From positions 2,046,001 to 2,110,000 of the forward strand of contig NC_043021.1 of the NCBI RefSeq assembly GCF_006345805.1: a stretch of 64,000 nucleotides of DNA, read 5' to 3'. Source of the DNA: Octopus sinensis (lineage: Eukaryota). Both the position numbers and the translations under genes were made by a program. The notes beneath the pieces were generated by a model. The model searched no databases. It was not told the origin of the DNA and saw only the letters and a list, made by a program, of their open reading frames with translations. Positions 50,860-61,804 of this stretch are shown here, piece after piece. Within the stretch, counting starts at the first letter, position 1, and each line of letters opens with the position of its first letter.

Positions 50860-51540
50860 TGAACCATTTTGCACCTGTCCATTCAAAGTAGACCTCACCC
50901 ATGGTTCCAGCAAGATGGGCTAAAACTGCTCGTACTGCAAGAGAAACAGTGCAGTTGCTATGACAATGTCAACTGGCCTTCATGTTCCCCAGATTTTTTC
51001 TTTTGGGAATACCTGAAAGAGAGGGATCACGTCAACAAACCGGAGACCCTGGTGCAACTGAAGGAGGACATCAATAGATAAATTAGAGATGTGGGGTCTG
51101 AATCTCTTGCGGGTGTTATGGTGCACGTTTTGGGAAGAGCACAGGCATGGGAAGCTGAAAATGGGATCTCATGATTCCCAGAAAAGTGATGTCATTTTTC
51201 AAATTTTGCAACACCACTACATCATCATCATCATCATCGTTTAACATCCGTTTTCCATGCTAGAATGGGTTGGATGGTTTGACTGGGGTCTGGGAGAGCC
51301 AGGAGGCTGCACCAGGTTCCAACACTGCCCAGACCCCGATCGAACCGTCCAACACATGAATGTATGGAAAACAGACGTTAAACGATGATGATGATGATGT
51401 AGTGGTGTTGCAAAATTTGACTTGTGCATATTAATTTCCATTCTGTCCTTTATATTGTATCAAAATTTCATGTATTTGTTTGTAAAGTTAAGGAAGTTAT
51501 TAAAAACTGAAACCCATCAGTGACTTTTGGGACACCCTGT
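50860..51540 (+). pseudogene. Tc1/mariner transposase C-terminal remnant plus right TIR
   Basis: WFQQDG, NWPSCSPDFFFWEYLKER, VNKPETLVQLKEDI; ends cttttgggacaccctgt. Confidence 0.8.
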
Positions 51541-51644
51541 GTGTGTGTGTGTGTGTGTGAAGTGTCTTATATATGTGTCCCTGTATTTGTGGATGATAGT
51601 GGTTGAGATGATGATGTTGTTGATATCCTTCCTCTCTTTTTCAG

Positions 51645-52265
51645 GAGCACTGTCTGATGGGTATAAAAGGTACGGTGAAGCGTAGCACAGATGGTGACTT
51701 CATTCACGCCAACGTGGACATCGACCTGATCATCGAAGAGGAGTCTGAGTACTCGAGCAAGGACAAACCCGTTGAGATCTTTCATATTATAGAACATTTC
51801 TGTCTGGGCAAGAGGCGGTTGCACATATTTGGCAGGGACAGCACGATCCGTCCAGGCTGGGTGACCATAGGGCCAGAGTTGACCAGCAGCAACTTCAATG
51901 CCAACATGTACAAACAAATTGTGAACAAAGACGTGTTTGGTCACCTGACTGGCTGCACGGATGAAATCGAACGGCTCCGGCCGAAGTCCCCGCCTCCCAA
52001 GAACAAGCCCGGAAACAACAGCTCGGAGAGGGGCAACAAAGACGGCCGTGGTGGTGTGTCTGGACGAGGGGGCGTCTCCGGACGAGGTGGCAATCCCAGT
52101 CGAGGCTCGTCGCAGCCGAGAGGTGGTGGCAACAAGGGCATGTTGGTCAGTAGCCGAGGGCACCTTGGTCGGAGCCGTGGTGGTGTGATGGGTAATAGAA
52201 TGCGAGGAGGTGGGCGTGGTGGTTTCCGTGGACGTGGGCACAGGGGCAACCAAATGCAACGATAA
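51645..52265 (+). CDS. METTL14: METTL14 terminal exon ([30 protein letters not shown]... RGG-rich tail)
   Basis: tttttcAG acceptor, TAA at 52263-52265. Summed CDS 1446 nt = 481 aa; C-terminal RGG repeats typical of METTL14. Confidence 0.98.
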   Translation, partial: EHCLMGIKGTVKRSTDGDFIHANVDIDLIIEEESEYSSKDKPVEIFHIIEHFCLGKRRLHIFGRDSTIRPGWVTIGPELTSSNFNANMYKQIVNKDVFGHLTGCTDEIERLRPKSPPPKNKPGNNSSERGNKDGRGGVSGRGGVSGRGGNPSRGSSQPRGGGNKGMLVSSRGHLGRSRGGVMGNRMRGGGRGGFRGRGHRGNQMQR

Positions 52266-53177
52266 GTCTGTTCACCTTAGGGACCACTTCTTCCCTAACC
52301 CCTGCTCCATTTTGGCAGTGACATTGATCCCTTCTTCATGGAATACTTTACAGAAACCAACATTCTCCATCTTCATTGCTTTGACTTTAGTTACCCACCA
52401 TTACGTTCTTCAGAGTGTCTGTCTGTCTGTGTGTATGTATGTACCTGGGAGGCATGGTTAAATTGCTAAGAGGTTTAACTAAACAACCATGGGGTCACAA
52501 ATTCAATCCATCTCCATGGTATAGCTTTTAGTGTTACTAGAGTGGCCTTGTTGGGGAGTTGGCCCGAACCTTGTATGGACAAAAACTGACCGGCTGATCA
52601 ATAGAACTGTGCCCGTATCTGAAATTTGAAAGGTAGAATTAACTTCCAGCAGTTGTTCTCAACCATTTTCTACCTATGGAACCCCTTGATTCAATGTTTA
52701 AAGAAATCCTCTTATATTTTTATAATTTGATATTATTGGGTATTGTATAAAAAAAAGAAATGTTAAAATATTGTGTATTGTAAAAATATAACCAATTTAT
52801 TGCATGTAAATGTTAACAATAGAATCTGATATGGATCCCTGTTGAGAACCATTGCTGTCCTGTTAATTCTGCCCAGGTCTTACATTAAGAATATGAGTGT
52901 GGAATATTCAACCACTTACAGCATTAATTAATGAGACAAAATCTCTGTGTTGGATGAAGTGTTGCTGTAATGTGAAGGGCCAGTGTTGTCACATACTGTG
53001 TCACACCAAGCCTGACTGAGTATTTATACATTGAGTACATGTGTCTGAGATACTCAGCCACCTTTGTTATGATGCAGCGAATAGGTAGTTCTGTTGGTAA
53101 GACAGCTGGAATATTTCGATTTTGGATTTGGTTTGCAAGATTCTTTATATGAGTTTGTGTGTTGAAGCATATTCTGT

Positions 53178-53519
53178 TGTGTCTGGGGAGAGTCATTTTC
53201 TTTTTGTGCCTTATTATTTAACACACTCACCGGTAAAATTTCCCCTTTTTTCTTATTTTTTATTTAAAAATATTTTATTATTTTTATTTTAAAAATAAGA
53301 TAAAAGGGGAAATTTCCACTTTTTTCTTTTTCTTTTTATTTTAAAATATTTTATTTTTATTTTAAAAATAAGATAAAAGGGGAAATTTCCACTTTTTTCT
53401 TTTTCTTTTTATTTTAAAATATTTTATTTATATTTTAAAAATAAGAAAAAAGTGGAAATTTTACCTGTGAGTGTGTTACATAATAAGGCACAAAAAGAAA
53501 ATGACTCTCCCCGGACACA
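53178..53519. repeat. Long inverted repeat (83-bp arms, 4 mismatches) with nested internal palindromic duplications
   Basis: 53178-53260 is the reverse complement of 53437-53519. Confidence 0.92.
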
Positions 53520-54578
53520 GTAAAACAGCTGGAATAGTTGTCACTGAAGCTGACATGAGGTCCACTTGTATGTATGTATATTTGGTGTATATGTGTGTGT
53601 GTGTGCATGTAGTTCTGTGTGTATCATTTGAGTTTTCAAACTTGTCGTGTGATCTGAGTCATTATCAGACTTGTCTTGTGCATTCTTAGCCATCATGGAA
53701 TTCATGGAATTGGTAATACCAGGAGGTTTCCTGATCTATGATTTTAAACCAACATTAAAACATTTTTTGTCTCTCATCATTTTCCTCAAAAGTTTATAAA
53801 CAAACAAAACAAAAATAAAAAAAAATCAGTATAAATAGACTGCAAAAAAAGACAAAAAAAGACACAGAAATCGCTGTGGATTTCTCTCTCTCTACATAAA
53901 TACATATATTTTTTATGAATGTCTTTCTGACTAAACTTGTGAAACGTGAAAGGACAAACCTATCACCTCACTCTGCCAGCAATCTGGCTCTGACAGTTGA
54001 TTCCAGACATCATTTGTGGTTAAAGTGTTTACCTCGGTGCCAGGCTTGTCTCTTTGACATTCTTGGCTCCAGGGACGCCAGTTCCCACTTCTTCATACCC
54101 TGCCCCCCCCACCCCACCTCCCACTCATTACGATACCTAGTGTCATTTTTGATATTTTTTCCTTTTCCAAATCAAGTCGTTTGATGGTCAGTCGTCTTTT
54201 TCAATTCCTTCCACCCAATTCTTGATTAAAATGACTGAGCATCGTTTTCAGTAAATTTACTTTTATCAAAAAACTTTGTTTTTTTTTTTTTGTGTAACTG
54301 TTTTATTTTTCTCTTTTTGAATTTTTCAATTTGTTTTATTTTTTTGTCTTTTTAAATTTTTATGAAAGCACAACAGAATCATCGCAGAACAAAGATTAAA
54401 ACCAGCAACCTTCTAAAATGGCTTTCAGATGGTTGGACACCTTTGGAGTAGGGGGGAAAAACAAAAGAAAAAGATGAAGACTAAAAACTACATGGTGAAG
54501 GCACATGACTTAGTGGTTAGGATATTTAGCCTGTGATTACAAGAACATGAGTTCAATTCCTGGTGGTACATTGACTCC

Positions 54579-54811
54579 CTAAAGGCAGCCTGCTGGCAGA
54601 AACGTAAGCATGCCACGCGAAATGCGTAGCCGTATTTCGTCTGCTGTTACGTTCTGAGTTCAAATTCCGCCGAGGTCGACTTTGCCTTTCATCCTTTCGG
54701 GGGTTGATAAATAAAGTACCAGTTACGCACTGGGGTCGATGTAATCGACTTAATCCGTGTGTCTGTCTTTGTCCTCTCTCTGTTTAGCCCCATGTGGGTA
54801 GTAAAGAAATA
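54579..54811 (+). mobile_element. tRNA-SINE inserted into another SINE, with 14-bp target duplication
   Basis: ggtacattgactcc at 54565-54578 and 54812-54825; the host SINE resumes (ttgagcaagacactttatttc) after the insert. Confidence 0.85.
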
Positions 54812-55553
54812 GGTACATTGACTCCTTGAGCAAGACACTTTATTTCATATTGCTCCAGCTGGCAAAAAATGAGTTGTACATGTAATTCACAGGGCCCAGC
54901 CTTGTCCTGCTCATCCTCCTCAAGAACTAAGTTAAGGGTATGTGTGTCTGTGGAGTACTCAGCCACCTGCACATGAATTTCACGAGCAGGTTCTTCTGTT
55001 TTAGGAACTAAGCATAACTGAAGATCTGTACAACTTGATCATTGTTGGTTACAGGTCTCCAATGGTCTGACCACTGTAAGGGAGTGTATGTTAACACAGT
55101 GCAGAACAAATACTAAAGGGGAACAATTTCTTCTTTTTTCAACATTGGCACGAGAAGGCAAGGAAAGGCGGCAAAGGGAAGGGGGGTCTGTTGAGGTGAA
55201 GAATTGGTAAGGTTTGCAATATGGCGGGTCAATGTTCTCTTATTGTTGACTTGTTTCAGTCACTGGAGTGTGGCCATGCTGGGGCACTGCTGCCTCGAAA
55301 GGTTTGGTCAAACAAAATCGATCCTAGTACTTTTTCTATTCGGCCCTTTCCCTGAACCACCAAGTTACAGGGACACAAACAAACCAACACTGGTTGTCAA
55401 GTGGTGGTGGTGGGTGGCAAAAAGACACACATGATGGGCTTCTTTCAGTTTCCATCCACCAAATTCACTCAAGGACTTTGTTGGCACAGGATACCATGCA
55501 GCCATACCTTCAAAATAAATATAAAAATGAAAAAAAAAAAGGGTCAAGAAATG

Positions 55554-55559
55554 TTTATT
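55554..55559 (-). terminator. Probable SSR3 polyadenylation signal
   Basis: AATAAA on the minus strand ~48 nt after the stop codon. Confidence 0.5.
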
Positions 55560-55606
55560 AATTTTTTTTATTTCATTAATTTTTTTTTAAAAAAAAAGAA
55601 ATATAA

Positions 55607-55673
55607 TTATTTGGTACTGGTGGATGAGAGAGCCAAAAGTCCTGCTGAAGCAATCACTGAAAAGAGATAATTG
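55607..55673 (-). CDS. SSR3: SSR3 exon 5 (FNYLFSVIASAGLLALSSTSTK*)
   Basis: 67 nt, preceded by U12 branch point TTCCTTAAC and CAG; TAA at 55609-55607. Confidence 0.95.
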
Positions 55674-56719
55674 CTGAGAAATGGTTAAGGAAGACAGCAT
55701 TGGAAACGGATTTCTTTTTAAATTCTTGGCTTGATTTCAGCCATTGGGCAGTGGCCATGCTGGGGCATCATCACATTCAACTCATAGGGGGATAACGATT
55801 ATATTAAACACTTTTGTATATGCAAAAAGACCTTCACTGTGGAAATTTTACTGGTTTGTCGTTTTGACTGCAGCCATGCTGGAGCACTGCCTTCAAGGGT
55901 TTTAGTCAACTCCAGGATTTATTCTTTGTAAGCCTAGTACTTATTTTATTGGTTCCTTTTGCTGAATAGCTAAGTTACGGGGATGCAAACACGCTAACAC
56001 TGGTTCTCAAGCAGTGATTCAGGAACAAATACAGATATAGAGATATACACACACACATGTGTGTATATATATGACAGGCTTGCTTCTTTCAGTTTCTGTG
56101 GCACAATGAGCCTTGGTGGAATTTGAACTCAGAAAAACAAAATGCTTTGGTCAGCCCGGTACCACACAGTGGGACTGAACCCAGAACCATGAAGATGCAC
56201 ATCTCATTGGTTCTTGAATGCTGTCGTTCATGTATCCACCTGATGAAAACAGGTTTTTCTAATGACATAATATCTCCAGTAATCGATTAATCAGAAATTC
56301 ATTGGAAACAGCTGTAGTGAATCGATACATAATCCATCTCTTAATTATTCATTTATTATTCACTTCTCTCAGAAGCTGCTCCTTGTGTAGATCCAAAGTA
56401 TATTAGGAATCGTATGTTTAGTACAATGTGTGTTTCTTAATCGCAATGGCCCAGTGGCTAGGGCAGCGGACTCTTGGTTTCAATTCCCAGACCAGGCGTT
56501 GTGAGTGTTTATTGAGTGAAAACATTTAAAGCTCCACGAGGCTCCGGCAGGGGGTGGTGGCGATCCCTGATGTACTCTTTCGCCACAACTCCCTCTGACT
56601 CTTTCATCTGTTGGCCTGCTCGCTTAGCCAGCAGGGTGGCGTTATTTGAAGGCTAAAACAATGCGAAGCGCATTGTGACCAGTGATGTGTAGCAACATCT
56701 GATAGCCTGGTCGGTCACG

Positions 56720-56761
<42 letters not shown>

Positions 56762-57052
56762 TGGCATTAGGAAGGTCACCCAACCATAGAAACCATGCCA
56801 TATCAGACTGGAACCTGGCGCAGCTCTCCAGCTTGACACCCCTGGTCAAACAGCCCCACCCATGGACAACAGACGTTATGATGACGATGATGATGGTTAA
56901 GTGTCACAAGGTGAACAAAGGTCAACAACTTTTGGAGGGTGATGGTTGCAGGAAAATTACAAGAAGAAATTCCAAGGGGAAGATTTTTTGGGGAGGGATG
57001 ACTGGAAGGCTAAACAACAACTGAAATAAAATAGATTTGGGTAAAAGGATAC
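55674..57052 (-). other. U12-type (minor spliceosome) GT-AG intron, SSR3 intron 4
   Basis: 5' site GTATCCTTTT at 57052-57043; branch point TTCCTTAAC at 55692-55684, ~10 nt from the AG; no separate pyrimidine tract. Confidence 0.95.
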
Positions 57053-57184
57053 AAAGTGGAGTTGAGACTTTTCATTATAAGGAATGAGATAACGATGAGG
57101 AGAGCCAGGTAGAGGGCGTTGTTGTAGAAGATGGAGAAAGTGGTCGCTTCATAGTCGGCTACTTCGTTCTTTTTCCATAATATT
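57053..57184 (-). CDS. SSR3: SSR3 exon 4 ([44 protein letters not shown])
   Basis: 132 nt; hallmark [22 protein letters not shown] of TRAP-gamma. Confidence 0.98.
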
Positions 57185-58117
57185 CTGAAAGGATAATAAT
57201 AATAAGAAGAAGAAAGTAACCATACTCTGGGATATGTCAATATACACAGATAGAGAAATTAAGGCCAACAGGCCAGATATAGTTGTCAGACATCATCAAG
57301 AAAAAACAAATGCTTTCTAATTGATGTATCAATACCAACAGATGATAACGTTTCTCTAAAAGAAATGGAGAAACTTTCAAAATACAAAGACCTGGAAATA
57401 AAGCTAACTTGATTGTGGAGAATTTGGTAGACGGAAACTGACAGAAGCCCGTCGTGTATATATTTATGTGTGAGTACATGTTTGTGTGTCTGTTCGTCCC
57501 TGCAACCGATGCTGGTGTGTTTACATCCCTGTAACTTAGCGGTTCAGCAAAAGAGACCGATAGAATAAGTACTAGGCTTACAAAGAATAAGTCCTGGGGT
57601 TGATTTGCTCAAGTAAAAGGCGATGCTCCAGCATGGCCACAGTAACATGACTGAAACAGGTAAAAGAATAAAAGAGATATAACATACAGAAAATAGCACT
57701 CCTAGGTACTGCACACATCCTGCATAAAACCCTTTCAATATAGTAACAATAAGGAGCATCACAACATACCCAAGGCACACGTCTGCTTTCCATGCTGGCA
57801 TGGGTTGGACGGTTTGACCGAGGACCAGCAATCCAGGAGGCTGCACCCAGCTCCTCTCTGATCTGGCAAGGTTTCTTCAGCAGGATGACCTCTGAGAGTG
57901 TAGAGAGTACTTTTTACGTGCCACTGGCTCGGGAGCCAGATTGAATGTTTTGGTTGGATATGACTTGGTTTGAATACTAAAAGGTTAAAGATTTATTGTT
58001 CTTTTTTCCCAGTACAAATACTACCCGTACCATGAATTCTGGGTATGCTTGTAATTCAACCCTGGTACTTAAAAACACCCCACTTCCACTGGAATAAATA
58101 AATAAATAAAAACTTAC

Positions 58118-58210
58118 CTCTCATCTTTTTCCTTCTTGCTCATCTTCTTGTCTTCACCCAACTTCTTCATCATTTCATTATTGACGGCAGACTCCCTCTT
58201 CTGGGCAACT
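58118..58210 (-). CDS. SSR3: SSR3 exon 3 (KVAQKRESAVNNEMMKKLGEDKKMSKKEKDER)
   Basis: tttAG / GTAAGT, 93 nt, phases match both neighbours. Confidence 0.97.
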
Positions 58211-58299
58211 CTAAAGGGCAAAGACAGGACAACGTTGTATAAATAACAAAACAAGGACTACTGAAGGGTAAACAAACAAGACAGCACAGAGTTCTGTAA

Positions 58300-58975
58300 G
58301 AACAAGATTACATAATATCTTATATGCACAAGATTATGAGGAGACCCCCTTCAGTCATGAATGACCATGGGATTGCACCTACAAATTACCCTCCCAGGAA
58401 CAAGTCTGGTTGTTTTATGAAAGACCAGCAGTCACCCATGCATACCAGCCTCCTCCACTCCACACCTCTGATGTTATCCAAGGGAAAGGCAAAGGGGTCG
58501 ATACAGCTTGGCACCTGTGATGTCGCAACTCATTTCTAAAGCTGAGTGAACTGGAGCAACGTGAAATAAAGTGTCTTGCTCAAGAACACAACATGCAGCC
58601 CAGTCCAGGAATCGAACTCACAACCTCACGATCGTAAGCTCGACGCTCTAACCACTGGGCCATACGCCTTCACACACTCATAAAATAAGGTTTTGGTAGA
58701 CCCGCAGCTTATATATAAAGACCCCCTTCAGTCATGAAAGACCATGGGATTGCACCTAGAAAGTTCCTCTCTGAGGCACAAGTCCGGGCAGGATTGTTTA
58801 TGGAAGACCAGTGGTCACCCATGCATACCAGCCCCTCCTCTCCACACCACTGATGATATCCAAAGGAAAAGCAAAGGGGCCGATACAGCTTGGCACCAGT
58901 GACATCGCAACTCATTTCTACAACTGAGTGAAGTGGAGCAACGTGAAATAAAGTGTCTTGCTCAAGAACACAACA
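58300..58975 (-). mobile_element. Two adjacent copies of a fourth tRNA-headed SINE family (gtgttcttgagcaagacactttatttcacgttgctccag)
   Basis: Near-duplicate ~330-bp units. Other copies at 25900-26140, 54490-55000, 56440-56720 and 61956-62048. Confidence 0.75.
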
Positions 58976-59059
58976 CAGTAATGGTGATATTGCATGTATA
59001 TTGTGTTTAGCCCCAGGCCAGCTTTGATCAAGCAAGTCTTTCAGCCATGACCACCCTGG

Positions 59060-59474
59060 CCAAGTACTGGCTGTCAAAGTTATCAAGTTATCAAAGAAGC
59101 TTGAGAGGCGGTTGGATGGAACCTACACTTGCCTCCTTATGAGAGCTCAAAATCTCTCGTGGAAGCGCCATCCAACCAAAATGCAAATATATGGGAAACT
59201 ACCACCTGTGTCATCTCTTGTGAAAGGTAAGAGAGTCCAGTTTGCTGGACATTGTTGTAGAGCTGAAAAAGAGGTAATTTCTACTCTTCTCCTCTGGAAG
59301 CCATCTACTCGCAATACCAGAGAGTGCACACTCTCCTACCCTGATGTAATCTCCAGGGATACAGGCATCCAGCAACAGGACCTCCGTAATGCCATGATGG
59401 ACCGTGAAGTCTGGCGTAACATAGTAAATTCCATTGTCTCGACCACGGTCGAACAATGATGATGATGATGGTGC
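59060..59474 (+). mobile_element. RTE-clade LINE 3' end with (GAT)n tail in SSR3 intron 2
   Basis: VQFAGHCCRAEKEVISTLLLWKP...SYPDVISRDTG...AMMDREVWR; tail tgatgatgatgatg; probable 9-bp duplication ccaccctgg at 59051-59059 and 59475-59483. Confidence 0.85.
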
Positions 59475-59586
59475 CCACCCTGGTTAAATTCTTTAGCAGT
59501 GTTTAGAAACCAGTAATGTTATTACTTTCTGGATGAAGAATAGAAAAAAGAAGGAAAAAACGTTCCATTTAAAGCCGAATACTTAC

Positions 59587-59713
59587 TTGTGCTTAAGTAC
59601 AAATTTGACGTTTTTGTAGGCATATGCCATTAGGTAGGTACTCAGCAAAGTTCCGACGATGAAGAGGAGAGCAGATTCCAAGACATCCATTTGGTGAATC
59701 CTCCAGAACAACC
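59587..59713 (-). CDS. SSR3: SSR3 exon 2 ([43 protein letters not shown])
   Basis: 127 nt, AG/GTAAGT, hallmark [12 protein letters not shown]. Confidence 0.98.
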
Positions 59714-61656
59714 CTATGAGACACAGAAACAAAAGGTCAAGTTGCGAAAAGGGAAAAATAAAAGCTGATGGAGTTCTTTTCTTTTTTTTTAATTCGAATC
59801 ACAAGAATCTAAAAAAAAAAAATCAATCAGCCGTGTCTCAAAGCATTTAGTAAAAAGAGGTATTCTTGGTTACAGCGATGGGGGTTCCGATTGATCTGAT
59901 CAATGGAACAACCTGCTGGGGAAATTAACGTGCAAGTGGATGAGCACTCCACAGACACGTGTACCTATTTCTTTACTACCCACAAGGGGCTAAACACAGA
60001 GGGAACAAACAAGGATAGACAAAGGGATTAAGTCGACTATATCGACCCCAGTGCATAACTGGAACTTAATTTATCAACCCCGAAAGGATGAAAGGCAAAA
60101 CATAGAACCAGGGGTGGGCATGGGTGGGTCGGTATCAAAAGGGTTAAAAGCATAGTAAAGAACAAAATGGGGGACAGTTCAGGGAGTTATTACCCTTTCT
60201 GGCAACAAAACAGATTTCATAGTCAAGAGCAGGTTGTATAATGTTTTAATCCTTTATTTGTCTCGGACATTAAATTGTGGCCATGCTGGGGCACTGCTCT
60301 GAAAGGTTTTGTAGAGCAAATCAGCCACTGCATTTATTTTTAAGCTTCGTAATCGTTTAATCTAGATGGAGATGAGGGATAAATACATATACACACGCAT
60401 ATATATAACATACGACGGGCTTCTTTCAGTTTCTGTCTACTAAATCCACCCATAAATAAAGTTTTGGTAGACCCGCAGCTATAGTAGAAGACACTTGTCC
60501 AAAGTTCCACGTAGTGGGACAGAACCCAAGATCACATGGTTGGTTGACAAGCTTTACAAGCCACGTCTGCACCTGGAGCAAAACATGGGCATTGAAATAA
60601 GGAGGATGTGTAAAAACTGGAGGAAAAATATGAGGTGAGCCTGCTCCATTGGATTTTGTGATGTTAACGTATAACAACGGAAGTGAGATGAGCTGGAATA
60701 AAAAAAAACTGGATATCAGACGAATCAGGTGTAGGGTGTAAGAGAGATAGGGAGGAAAAGACCAGATGGAAACATCTGTAAACATGTTTGATTAAAGGTA
60801 TGCTGGATCGGAACAGCTGGGTTTAGAGAAAATCATGACGATTCTTGTTCGTTCAATGTTTGTGTGTAATCGGAAGAAGCTGGTAACTAATTCATTTCCA
60901 GCTCTTTTATCTCTGGAGTTTGTCTCTAAATGTGATTATTCAGACGAAAAAAGATAAAAAGTGTATCCTTTTGGTCGTTTGAACGACCAGACGAAGAGAG
61001 AGAATGTAGCGACGGAAGCGAATCTACCAAGAACAATTATACTTTCTTATGTTTATATATATATATACCTATATATTGTGTATGTATCTACGTGTGTATA
61101 CATGTAGAGACACGTCTGTGAGTGTATATACACTTTCTCATATTTACATAGTTTGGATGTGTATATATATACTTCATGGTTATATACTGTATGTATATAA
61201 ATCTCTCTCTCTCTCTATATATATATATACACACACACTTTCTCATTTATATAGTGTGGGTGTGTATATATTTATACTTTCTTATGTTTATATACTCGTG
61301 TGTGTATACGTCTCTTTCTCTATATATATTATGTATATATTTTATATACGTGTGTGTCTATATAGATCCGGCAATTCTTCAATTCCCGTCTCATGTAAAG
61401 CAACAATAATAACAAATGCAACCTCGACATTCACAACTCTTGGCCCAGCTGTTGTGTAAAATAAATAACTTTGGCGATAATAATAAATGTGAAAATTAGC
61501 TGAAGATGCTTTAATTAAGAACCGAACCCCCCTCCGCGGCCCAGGACCTATGAAACGGGGAGATATTTTAGCGAGGCTTTTCCAAACAGCTTCGCCAAAT
61601 GGCAAAGGCTGACGTGGCACACTTCGAAGTTGTTGTGGCAAAATGTGGAGACTTAC

Positions 61657-61804
61657 AGATTGGGATGGTCGAGATAATCATGGCATTTCCGTAGAACAGA
61701 GCGGAGGATTTCGTGGAGACATCTCGGCTGAAATCTTGCAGGAGGAGTTCCTCCTCCCGTGTCAGTTTGTTCTGTTTGTGTCCGGAGCCGCGACTGCTGA
61801 CCAT
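61657..61804 (-). CDS. SSR3: SSR3 (translocon-associated protein gamma) exon 1 ([49 protein letters not shown])
   Basis: ATG at 61804, GTAAGT donor; [20 protein letters not shown]. Total CDS 567 nt = 188 aa. Confidence 0.98.

Noticed and set aside
51567-52259. 230-aa and 102-aa antisense ORFs over the METTL14 last exon
   Set aside because: Shadow frames of a GC-rich RGG-coding exon; no independent signals.
60963-60972. GTATCCTTTT U12-like donor on the plus strand
   Set aside because: Antisense to SSR3 intron 1 with no plus-strand exon or branch point to pair with.
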